NCBI GenBank assembly: GCA_035389625.1
Contig: DAOOSE010000002.1
Location: forward strand, 1 to 28,818
Direction: 5' to 3'
Length of the DNA stretch: 28,818 bases
Source of the DNA: a bacterium
GTDB taxonomy: Bacteria; Patescibacteriota; UBA1384; XYA2-FULL-43-10; 1-14-0-10-43-13
The stretch's first letter is position 1; the number at the start of each line of letters is the position of its first letter. The translations under genes and the position numbers were made by a program. The notes below the pieces were generated by a model. The model did not search any database, had not been told where the DNA came from, and saw nothing but the letters and a program-made list of their open reading frames with translations. Positions 7,334-15,232 of this stretch are shown here, in pieces.

Positions 7334-8071
7334 TTACTTTCGAGTAATTTCCAATTTCTTTGCTTTCTTTTCCTCAACCTTGGGTACCGTGATAGTCAAG
7401 ACGCCATCATTCATCGAAGCATCGGCTTTGTCAGCCATAACCTCGGCGGGAAGCGAAACTGTGCGGGAAAAGCTTCCAGAGTGGCTTTCTTTGTAATAGT
7501 AGCCCTCTTTCTCCTCTTCCTTTTCCTCTTTTTTCTCGCCCGAGATGGTTAGCATGTTATCTTTAACCTCTACCTCGATCTGGTCTTCCTTCATGCCGGG
7601 AAGCTCGGCCTTAACTACCAAAGAATCCTTCTTGTCGATGACATCAATTTTTGGCATCGCCACTCCCGAACGACCAGGAGTAATGACGCTGTCCTCAAAC
7701 AATCGATCAATCGCGTCTCGCAGCGTTACCGCTTCGCGAAGTGGACGCCAAGGTTCTAATTCTACCATGTTCTCCTTTCTCGATCCCGACTGGTCGGAAT
7801 CATTTTTATTAATTGTATCCTCTATCTTTTCTATTCCATTATGTATTTCTCTAATAGAATTCTCAAATTCAAACATATCTTCGAATGCAGAGTTAAAAAA
7901 TTGGCAAATAGTCACAGCTAGCGGCAATGACGGCATAAAACGCCCTTGTTCCAAAGCAATGACTGACTGACGCGAGATGCCAAGCGCATCAGCCAACTCC
8001 TCTTGGCTCAAATTGCGCTGCTTTCTAAGCTCACGCAGTCGGTTCTCAATATTTAATTCATTTTCTTCCAC
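7334..8071 (-). CDS. XRE-family HTH fused to an Hsp20/alpha-crystallin domain
   Basis: The N-terminus RLRELRKQRNLSQEELADALGISRQSVIALEQG is a Cro/C1 HTH. The C-terminus has PKIDV...VKAELPG...GSFSRTVSLP...NDGVLTITVPK. There is no intervening stop. Confidence 0.92.
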   Translation of the reverse strand: MEENELNIENRLRELRKQRNLSQEELADALGISRQSVIALEQGRFMPSLPLAVTICQFFNSAFEDMFEFENSIREIHNGIEKIEDTINKNDSDQSGSRKENMVELEPWRPLREAVTLRDAIDRLFEDSVITPGRSGVAMPKIDVIDKKDSLVVKAELPGMKEDQIEVEVKDNMLTISGEKKEEKEEEKEGYYYKESHSGSFSRTVSLPAEVMADKADASMNDGVLTITVPKVEEKKAKKLEITRK

Positions 8072-8104
8072 TGTGTCCTTATCTTTGTAATAAGTCTTAC
8101 AAGA

Positions 8105-8135
8105 AAAATGTAAAGTAAACTTTACATTTTGTCAA
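8105..8135 (-). promoter_or_regulatory. Promoter TTGACA-17-TACATT overlapped by a perfect 12-bp inverted repeat
   Basis: AAAATGTAAAGT-aa-ACTTTACATTTT spans 8105-8130. The -35 is at 8135-8130 and the -10 at 8112-8107. Confidence 0.75.
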
Positions 8136-8138
8136 TAG

Positions 8139-8178
8139 TTCGACTTCGCTTACTATGACCCTGACCCTGTCGAACGGG
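8139..8178. repeat. Degenerate REP-like element (TTCGAC...GTCGAA type)
   Basis: ttcgacttcgcttacta...cctgaccctgtcgaacggg. A related half-element lies at 10341-10357. Confidence 0.45.
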
Positions 8179-8222
8179 TCAAGACCCTTGTTAACCAAGG
8201 TAAGAATATTGCCTCGATGACG

Positions 8223-8777
8223 TTAACGATTAAGATTGCGGTAGAGCATTACCTTAGAGTCTATTCTTAGGTTCTTTGTCGTAATAACCTTTTCTGGCTT
8301 TAAGTCAGGAAATTGAAAGGCAAGGGAAACCACCCTTGTGTCCTTCCCGATGTGTTTAAATAACCATGGCTCAATTTTTGCAAGCACCGAATTTAACAAG
8401 TACAAGTACACAACATCTGCCTGCGCTAAATCCGATTCAACCCTCCGAAAGTCACCCCAAATAATCCGGATGTTCTTTCTCTCCCCTGCCAACCAAACCT
8501 TGAAATTGGCAACCAGATAACAATAAAGTGAACGATCAACGCCAATCCCTTTCGCTCCGAATTCTTTGGAGGCTATTATCAGGCTTTTGCCATCACCGCA
8601 ACCCAAGTCGATCAGAGTCTCGCCGCTTTTTAATCCCGAAAGCCTAAGGGAATCGATGATCGCTTGCCTGTTGGCATATACCGTCGGCGCCCCCAAAATC
8701 GTTGCATAGAGAAGAGAGGCCTCCATGAAGGCAATAAAGATCATTAAGACCAGAAACAGTATTTGAATAGTGATCAT
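8223..8777 (-). CDS. Class I SAM-dependent methyltransferase with an N-terminal membrane anchor
   Basis: Hydrophobic N-terminus, GAPTV, LIDLGCGDGK (motif I) and VVYLYL. Confidence 0.85.
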   Translation of the reverse strand: MITIQILFLVLMIFIAFMEASLLYATILGAPTVYANRQAIIDSLRLSGLKSGETLIDLGCGDGKSLIIASKEFGAKGIGVDRSLYCYLVANFKVWLAGERKNIRIIWGDFRRVESDLAQADVVYLYLLNSVLAKIEPWLFKHIGKDTRVVSLAFQFPDLKPEKVITTKNLRIDSKVMLYRNLNR

Positions 8778-8853
8778 TTTCGAAAAGTTAACTTGCTAAC
8801 CTGACTTTGTCTTTAGTATAATAACACAGAAGAGATTAAACAATTGGAGGATT

Positions 8854-9594
8854 ATGAGGCTTGAAAATAAAGTAGCAATTGTCACAGGAGCAGCTTCCGG
8901 AATCGGATTGGCAACTGCCGAACGATTCGTCACCGAAGGGGCTAAAGTTATTTTTTCCGATATTAATGATACCGTGGAAATTTTCATTAGGAAACATCCC
9001 CAAAGCGCCTTTTTTATCAAATGTGATGTTTCCGACTCTGAACAGGTCGAGGAACTTGTCGCTCAGACAGCAGGCCACTTTGGCAGACTTGATATTATGG
9101 TAAATAATGCCGGAATCGGCACAGCCAACAGCTTGCTTGATACCACCGACGAGAGCTGGATGAAGATAATTTCAGTCAACCTCTCAGGCGTCTTTTACGG
9201 TATGCGTGCAGCCGCAAACTATATGAAAGAACAAAAAATCAAGGGATCGATCATCAACATGAGCTCTATCCTTGGAGAGGTCGGTTTCAACGGTGCTATT
9301 GCCTATTGTGCCGCCAAAGGCGGCGTGGTTCAGCTCACGAGAGCAGGAGCAATTGATCTCGCCCCTTATCACATTCGGGTAAATGCGATCGCTCCCGGCT
9401 TTATTGAGACAAATATGACCAAAGACTATCTCGAGAATCCCGATTTCAAACAAATGGTCGCAAGTAATACTCCACTAGGTCATACTGGCAAGGCCGAGGA
9501 TATTGCTAGTGCCGCACTCTACCTGGCCAGTGATGAGTCAAACTATGTTACCGGCGACGTACTGTTTGTCGACGGCGGCTGGAGGGCTCGATGA
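8854..9594 (+). CDS. Short-chain dehydrogenase/reductase (FabG-like)
   Basis: TGAASGIG, NNAG, catalytic YCAAK, IRVNAIAPG and VDGG. GGAGG RBS. Confidence 0.93.
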   Translation: MRLENKVAIVTGAASGIGLATAERFVTEGAKVIFSDINDTVEIFIRKHPQSAFFIKCDVSDSEQVEELVAQTAGHFGRLDIMVNNAGIGTANSLLDTTDESWMKIISVNLSGVFYGMRAAANYMKEQKIKGSIINMSSILGEVGFNGAIAYCAAKGGVVQLTRAGAIDLAPYHIRVNAIAPGFIETNMTKDYLENPDFKQMVASNTPLGHTGKAEDIASAALYLASDESNYVTGDVLFVDGGWRAR

Positions 9595-9854
9595 GTGAAG
9601 ATATAGAGTCAGAGTTTCATAAAAATTTAAAGGAATTGCACTCCGTTCTCCTTGATATGAAAAAATATCAAGAAAAACAATCAAGCCTGAAATGGAATTT
9701 TTGGCGTGGTATTGCCTACGGTCTTGGATTTTTTATTGGTTCAGCACTACTCACCACAATTTTGGTTTATATTCTCCGCTCTATAGGCGGAGAGGGACCG
9801 ATCGGTCAAATCGCACAGTTTTTTACAGATCTCTTCCAGCAAGCACAAAACTAA
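9591..9854 (+). CDS. Small membrane protein, DUF5665-like
   Basis: NFWRGIAYGLGFFIG followed by a hydrophobic helix. ATGA overlap with the SDR gene. The family call is from memory. Confidence 0.6.
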   Translation: MSEDIESEFHKNLKELHSVLLDMKKYQEKQSSLKWNFWRGIAYGLGFFIGSALLTTILVYILRSIGGEGPIGQIAQFFTDLFQQAQN

Positions 9855-9929
9855 GCAAGGTGAATGTTTTTTTCAAACAGCACTAATTGTGCTATTTCTT
9901 CTTGCATTCAAATATGAAAGTAGCTGGTA

Positions 9930-10217
9930 CTAGCTTCGCTTTTGGATTGAATAATAGCGCTCCGGATCGTTGTGACCCCAATTCATATTTTTAGGCGCTG
10001 GCTCGTGGTAGCCGGTAATTTCAAAACCTGCTTGGCCTAATAGTTGAAACCAGGTCGATGATTTACGATATGCAATATGCGCAGCATTATTGCTTTCCAT
10101 CCAATTCTCTTTGACCCATAGCCCTTCGTCATGATAGCTATGCTTCAAGACAAAAGTCTCGTTCTGACAACTTTCTTGTCTAATCCCTTTTTTATAGCAG
10201 TGGTGTTTTCCATGGCC
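9930..10217 (-). pseudogene. Possible C-terminal remnant of a class I methyltransferase
   Basis: YRKSSTWFQLLGQAGFEITGYHEP resembles methyltransferase C-termini. The frame is closed upstream by TAA at 10220-10218 and has no SAM motif. Confidence 0.4.
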
Positions 10218-10340
10218 TTATTATCAATGATCACCTTATGCACTATCTATATTTACAAACACTCAAAAAAATAGGTACCTAAAAGGAACGATTAAATGAT
10301 CTTTGACTTACCTTCGGTGGCATTAATCTAAAGAATTTTT

Positions 10341-10357
10341 CCTGAGCTTGTCGAGGG
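10341..10357. repeat. REP-like half element
   Basis: cctgagcttgtcgaggg, related to 8159-8178. Confidence 0.4.
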
Positions 10358-10686
10358 ACTACTCCTGTCACCAAAGCAATAATTATAAATAATATCTACC
10401 AACGCTAAATCTCTTGCGCAAAGTTAAGTTCCCCTACCAATATTTTTACTCAAACAACGACAATATACACAACTACCCCTTTATGAAAATGTGTCAAATT
10501 TTCGTATATACGAGAAAATGACACGCTTTTAGCTTAATATTGTGATCTTTACTTTATGCTCTCTGGCGTTGTTTTCCATCTATCTCCTAATCTATGGGTT
10601 GTCCAGACATGTTAGCCGCTATTCAAATTATTTCTGAATCAAGAATAGCATTTTATAAGTATTTGCGAATAGTAAAAAATTAATTC

Positions 10687-12177
10687 TTATTGCTCAATGC
10701 TTATTCGGTCATAATTACCATTGGTAATTTGTTTTAGATTGCCATCTACGTCAGCAATATACAAGCCACTGAAAGACATCAAAACTACGCGCTTGCTGTC
10801 ATTTAGCCAGCGACCATAACCGAAATTATCAGGTAGCTTGATATACTTTTTTCCTTTCTCACCGAAAATATAGTATTTTGTCAAATTATTTTTCGCCTTG
10901 CCCTCAACCTTATAGCTACCATCAGGAGAGATTGTTTTTCGTCGCTTACTCGTTTCTGGTTTCAAAGAACTGGAATCAATAACTTTCCCATCCAATCCAT
11001 AGGCAAAGACCTTTCCAGAGGTATTAACCAATATTTTTCCATCTTGAGACCAACCAACATCTACCGTGAATGACGAAGCGGGCAGCACCGGACTAGCAAT
11101 CACTCTATCCTCCATCGTGGACAGCTCTATTGTGTGTAAATCAAAAGCAACCTTGAAATTTCGGGTATCAAATTCATCTCCAATAAGAGTCTGATTACTA
11201 ATTTGGTCTGCGTAGGCAAAATAATTTTGATCTGGTGACAACCCCTCCTGGCCCAAAAAATCAATCCTCGAGTCGGATCGAGACTCAATCTTTACTGGGA
11301 CTTTCCCGTTGGAGTCAGTAATCCATGTATTGCCATCACGTATGAAAATTATCTTTTCGATCGGTGTGCTGTAATCAAGATTGTTGGTAACTTTTGCTTC
11401 CTCAATAAGATCTCTGGCCCTCTTGCTGTCCACCAACAAGCCGCCCCCAGCAAGAACTGATATCATCAGCAAACATATTATGATAAGGCTTAGGAGCTTC
11501 GAACGAAGCTTTGTCGCCACATCATAAGCTCCCGCCAATACGAGTACTAAGGGAACAGCAATCAGGGATACATAGTAGTAAGATACTCTATCCAAATCCT
11601 GCAAATTACTTACGAATGACGGGAGATGCTGTAATACAGATATTGCTAACAAAGAAATAGCAATACCAAGAGTTATAAATATCGATGGTCTGGAATTTTG
11701 TCTTGGCTTTGTTGCAGCTAGGACCAAATATATCAGTGATAAAATAATAGCCAAGCCACTTCCTCCAACCAAAGGGATCACTTGGAGCGGAAGTGACGCA
11801 AAGATAGATATTTCTGGCAGAAGATCGATATCGAAAGATTTAAGATACGGATTGAGACAGAGAAGAAATGGGACAATATTTACAAGAACCCACACTTTGA
11901 AACTAATCGTCCGCTTGAACTCTCGAATAGCAAATACAAAAGCAATGGATATGAAGACCAGTCCAGCCAGACAGAACACTAGGAACAGTAAAAGTGGTGC
12001 ATCACCCCCACCTCCATTCAACATCCCCCAAATACCTGCGACAATTATTGCAAGAACAACTATATAGTTTACCCCTAACAGTGAAATCCAAATTAAGTTA
12101 ATAATTTTCCACAACCGACTGTCAGGTACAGATTGATCTTGCGGCGAAACATTTCCTAAGTACTCTGAATTTTCCAG
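10687..12177 (-). CDS. Polytopic membrane protein with a C-terminal TolB/WD40-like beta-propeller (paralog 1); probable CTG start
   Basis: About 7-8 hydrophobic segments, then LSPDQ, WSQDGK, ISPDG, WLNDSK and LYIADVDG repeats. The frame is open to CTG 12177 after AAAGGAGG; the ORF track starts at TTG 12114. Confidence 0.75.
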   Translation of the reverse strand: MENSEYLGNVSPQDQSVPDSRLWKIINLIWISLLGVNYIVVLAIIVAGIWGMLNGGGGDAPLLLFLVFCLAGLVFISIAFVFAIREFKRTISFKVWVLVNIVPFLLCLNPYLKSFDIDLLPEISIFASLPLQVIPLVGGSGLAIILSLIYLVLAATKPRQNSRPSIFITLGIAISLLAISVLQHLPSFVSNLQDLDRVSYYYVSLIAVPLVLVLAGAYDVATKLRSKLLSLIIICLLMISVLAGGGLLVDSKRARDLIEEAKVTNNLDYSTPIEKIIFIRDGNTWITDSNGKVPVKIESRSDSRIDFLGQEGLSPDQNYFAYADQISNQTLIGDEFDTRNFKVAFDLHTIELSTMEDRVIASPVLPASSFTVDVGWSQDGKILVNTSGKVFAYGLDGKVIDSSSLKPETSKRRKTISPDGSYKVEGKAKNNLTKYYIFGEKGKKYIKLPDNFGYGRWLNDSKRVVLMSFSGLYIADVDGNLKQITNGNYDRISIEQ

Positions 12178-12268
12178 AATTCCTCCTTTGTTATTGCCTC
12201 TATTTTATTACAATACCTTTGATAAGTATACGGTTCGGAGTGTTGGGTTTTGCTCTATTGGTGGCAAA

Positions 12269-12907
12269 CTAGAAATGCTCCATGATTTTAACTACTTCCT
12301 CGTCAGTAACTTGGTCAAAATTTATGTAATATGCTCCGACTGAGCCTGCAAATTGGTCCGGATTCAAAAGTATGATAACTTCGTTAGCTCCCCTGCGGAT
12401 AACATCAGCAATATCCGGCGGTGAGACTGGCACTGCCACTACAATTTTCTTTGGGCTTTGAGTCTCAATTTCCTTTATGGCCGCTAGCATCGTAGAGCCG
12501 GTGGCAATTCCATCATCGACAATGATTGCAATCTTATTCTTTGCTGGGATCGATGGACGGCCTTTGTGATAAAGTTGGCGACGTCTGGCAATCTCCTTCT
12601 TTAATCTTTCCAGCTCCTGACTTAGCCACTCTGGATCAACACGGTCTGGAATGAGCACATCACCCACAATTTGACCGCTCTCTGAGACCGCGCCGATAGC
12701 AAATTCGGGATTATAGGGGTGGCCGATTTTTCGCACCAAGACAAGATCCAGAGGAAGATTCAGATTTCTAGCGATTTCGGCCCCAATGACCACTCCACCT
12801 CGAGGCAAGGCATAGATGACAGCATCCAGACCTTCGTATTGTTTTAATTTATCCACTAGCTTCTCTCCCGCCTCATGCCGATTTTTAAAAAAAATGCCAT
12901 TATTCAT
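12269..12907 (-). CDS. Phosphoribosyltransferase family protein
   Basis: ALPRGG, VRKIGHP and the PRPP-binding motif IIVDDGIATGST. Confidence 0.9.
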   Translation of the reverse strand: MNNGIFFKNRHEAGEKLVDKLKQYEGLDAVIYALPRGGVVIGAEIARNLNLPLDLVLVRKIGHPYNPEFAIGAVSESGQIVGDVLIPDRVDPEWLSQELERLKKEIARRRQLYHKGRPSIPAKNKIAIIVDDGIATGSTMLAAIKEIETQSPKKIVVAVPVSPPDIADVIRRGANEVIILLNPDQFAGSVGAYYINFDQVTDEEVVKIMEHF

Positions 12908-13025
12908 GACTTAAATCTAGAGATATTAACCTGGAAAATCTTTAATAAAAGATTCAAAGCAGACGAACCAGTGACCATTGGCATTGTCAGTAGCAAAAAA
13001 TCCTACCAAGTGCTAAATTGTGACT

Positions 13026-13679
13026 ATGGAAAAAGAAGCGCAAACAATTCTACAATTCATTGAGTTCTCAAACAAGCTCAAATCTCAGCTGCGAACGATC
13101 AAATTATCTAAGGATCGGCATGAGAGCGTGGCTGACCACTCCTGGCAGCTGGCGTTAATGATTTTGCTGGTTTACCCGCACCTCAAGACCAAGCCGAACC
13201 TTTTAAGGTCGTTGAAAATGGCACTAATTCATGACATTACAGAAGCAGAGATCGGAGACACTCCCCATGGTACAGCGCTAAGATATCCGGCGGCAAAGGC
13301 AGAGAAAGATCGGCTTGAAAAGCTTGAAATTGAAAAAGTTAAGAAAATGGTCGGCGGAGATCTGGGTCAAGAGATCTTCGATATATGGAATGAGTATGAA
13401 TCAAGAGATACTTTTGAATCAAAACTGGTCAAAGCACTGGACACTCTCGAAGCCAACCTGCAATCAACTTTTTTTGACGTCAGCTATTGGGATAATTATT
13501 ATTACAAAGTAGCCCTCGAAAAATCTGGTAAACATTGCATTCATGAGGAAATACTGGTCAAGCTCGATAACGCAATAAACGAACGGCTCGAAACCAAATA
13601 TCTTGAAGCCGGATTTGACCTGGAAAAGATCAAAAGCGGCTTTTATGATAATGAAGAAATCGGAACTAATAAGCTGTAA
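13026..13679 (+). CDS. HD-domain hydrolase (YfbR/HD_3-like, possible 5'-deoxynucleotidase)
   Basis: [21 protein letters not shown] and [10 protein letters not shown] 13026 follows TGC-TAAATT. Confidence 0.88.
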   Translation: MEKEAQTILQFIEFSNKLKSQLRTIKLSKDRHESVADHSWQLALMILLVYPHLKTKPNLLRSLKMALIHDITEAEIGDTPHGTALRYPAAKAEKDRLEKLEIEKVKKMVGGDLGQEIFDIWNEYESRDTFESKLVKALDTLEANLQSTFFDVSYWDNYYYKVALEKSGKHCIHEEILVKLDNAINERLETKYLEAGFDLEKIKSGFYDNEEIGTNKL

Positions 13680-13689
13680 GGAGAATGAA

Positions 13690-14442
13690 GTGAATAAAGA
13701 CGAGATTAAGGACATAGTTAAAAAACATTACAGCAAAATTGCAACAACATCGGAAAACTGCTGCCCGAGTTGCGGTAATAGTCAACCATCAAACGAGGAT
13801 ATAGCCAAAAGTATCGGCTACTCCGACCACGAAATCAGCTCTGCTCCTGATGCCAATCTTGGGCTTGGCTGCGGCAATCCTACAGCGATGGCAAGTATTA
13901 GGGAAGGCGATACTGTTTTGGATTTAGGCTCTGGTGCAGGATTTGATTGCTTTCTAGCAGCTAAAAAAGTCGGAAAATCCGGCAGGGTTATCGGGGTAGA
14001 TTTTTCCAAAGAGATGATCAAGAAAGCTGAGGCTAACTCCAAAAAGCTGGGGCACAAAAGTGTGAAGTTTCTTTTTGGTGATATCGAAGATCTTCCCGTC
14101 GAATCTAGCTCAGTCGACATTATTATCAGCAACTGCGTCATCAATCTTGCACCAGACAAATCCAAAGTCTTTGCCGAAGCATACAGAGCGCTAAAAGTAG
14201 GAGGCAAAATGTTTGTCTCCGACATTGTACTATTGGAGGATATATCAGACGAGTTAAAAAACAGCGAAGAACTACTTTCCGGCTGTGTCAGCGGTGCTCT
14301 CTTAAAAGAAGACTATCTAAAAATGGTTAAAGCCGCCGGTTTTGATGTTAAAATTCTATCCGAGGACAAGGACATCAGCAAACGACAGTATGATGGAATT
14401 CCGCTTGAAAGCTTGAAAATCGAAGCAACAAAAATAAAATAG
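13690..14442 (+). CDS. arsM: Arsenite methyltransferase
   Basis: Conserved cysteines in [20 protein letters not shown] and SGCVSGA, plus DLGSGAG. Start moved to GTG 13690 after AAGGAG. Confidence 0.85.
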   Translation: MNKDEIKDIVKKHYSKIATTSENCCPSCGNSQPSNEDIAKSIGYSDHEISSAPDANLGLGCGNPTAMASIREGDTVLDLGSGAGFDCFLAAKKVGKSGRVIGVDFSKEMIKKAEANSKKLGHKSVKFLFGDIEDLPVESSSVDIIISNCVINLAPDKSKVFAEAYRALKVGGKMFVSDIVLLEDISDELKNSEELLSGCVSGALLKEDYLKMVKAAGFDVKILSEDKDISKRQYDGIPLESLKIEATKIK

Positions 14443-14459
14443 TTAATCCCTTTATTACT

Positions 14460-14490
14460 AAAAATTGCTAGCCATTGGCTAGTAATTTTT
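14460..14490. terminator. Bidirectional terminator between arsM and ssrA
   Basis: aaaaattgctagcc-att-ggctagtaattttt. Confidence 0.75.
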
Positions 14491-14493
14491 ATT

Positions 14494-14903
14494 TGGTGGA
14501 GGTGGCGGGAGTTGCACCCGCGTCCAGAGAGGTGAATAACGAACAATCTACAAGCATAGACACGGTTAAGCCCGCCAGCTGGCGGATTGGAAATGCAATC
14601 AAACCGTGACAAAAGTTACATTTCCTAGCTCGAGTAAGTCTTAGTGATCCAAGCTAGAGCATCAGGGACCCAGCATCTCGAAATATGGCGTCCTGACTCT
14701 CAAGTCGAGAAGCTCAAGAGAGAACGGTTACCGACTAACTAATAGTTAGGCAGCAACTGGCGCAAAGCGCATTGCTGAAAAAGCAGATGCAACTTTGCTA
14801 ACAAATGTTTTTGCATTTGGAATTTTGAGGGTACTTTACGGCGACCATCTTACCGGCTTGCAATTCGTTTTCAAAGTCCTTCTGTCGAAGCTAATACACC
14901 CCC
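14494..14903 (-). ncRNA. ssrA: tmRNA (one-piece, 410 nt)
   Basis: The 5' end GGGGGTGTATTAGCTTCGAC pairs with 3' CACCTCC-ACCA, giving the G3.U alanine determinant. T-arm GGGTGCAACTCCC and an internal tag ORF. Confidence 0.95.
14746..14814 (-). other. tmRNA-encoded tag (A)AKTFVSKVASAFSAMRFAPVAA
   Basis: GCA resume codon at 14814 after CAAAT, then 22 codons and TAA at 14748-14746. Ends in VAA. Confidence 0.75.
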
Positions 14904-15232
14904 TAGAGTAGATCAAACCCAAATCAGAATATATTTGATCTACTTGTAGTGAATTTATTCAAATATTTACTTTACACCTTTTATATACCAAATCAAGTCT
15001 ATGTCATCAAACAAATGACACTAATTTAAAAAATTTTATTGTTTCACATCGCACCCCCTTCTCACCCTATCACCTTCTTTACAGTGAATTCGTCAGGCTT
15101 GACAGTATCCTGTTGTGATGTCTGACCTATCTCGAGTAGCATCCAGTCCATTCTTTATTCTAATTTTATAAAAACTTGAATTGTAGTCTAAAACGAGAGT
15201 AAGATAGTTCTAACAAATAGAACGGAGGGGCC

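Noticed and set aside
13603-13689. ORF-track N-terminal extensions of arsM (and of glyA, thyX, dut, rubredoxin and the helicase)
   Set aside because: Downstream starts have SD motifs or match family length, and the extensions overlap neighbouring genes or repeats.
5691-14903. Integrated island or prophage at tRNA-Val or tmRNA
   Set aside because: By eye I found no duplicated 3' end (att site), integrase or phage gene. An exact repeat search would be needed to exclude a degraded att.
15062-15151. 29-aa minus-strand ORF MDWMLLEIGQTSQQDTVKPDEFTVKKVIG after TAGAAT
   Set aside because: It could be a leaderless microprotein, but it has no motif or -35 and its length is within chance.
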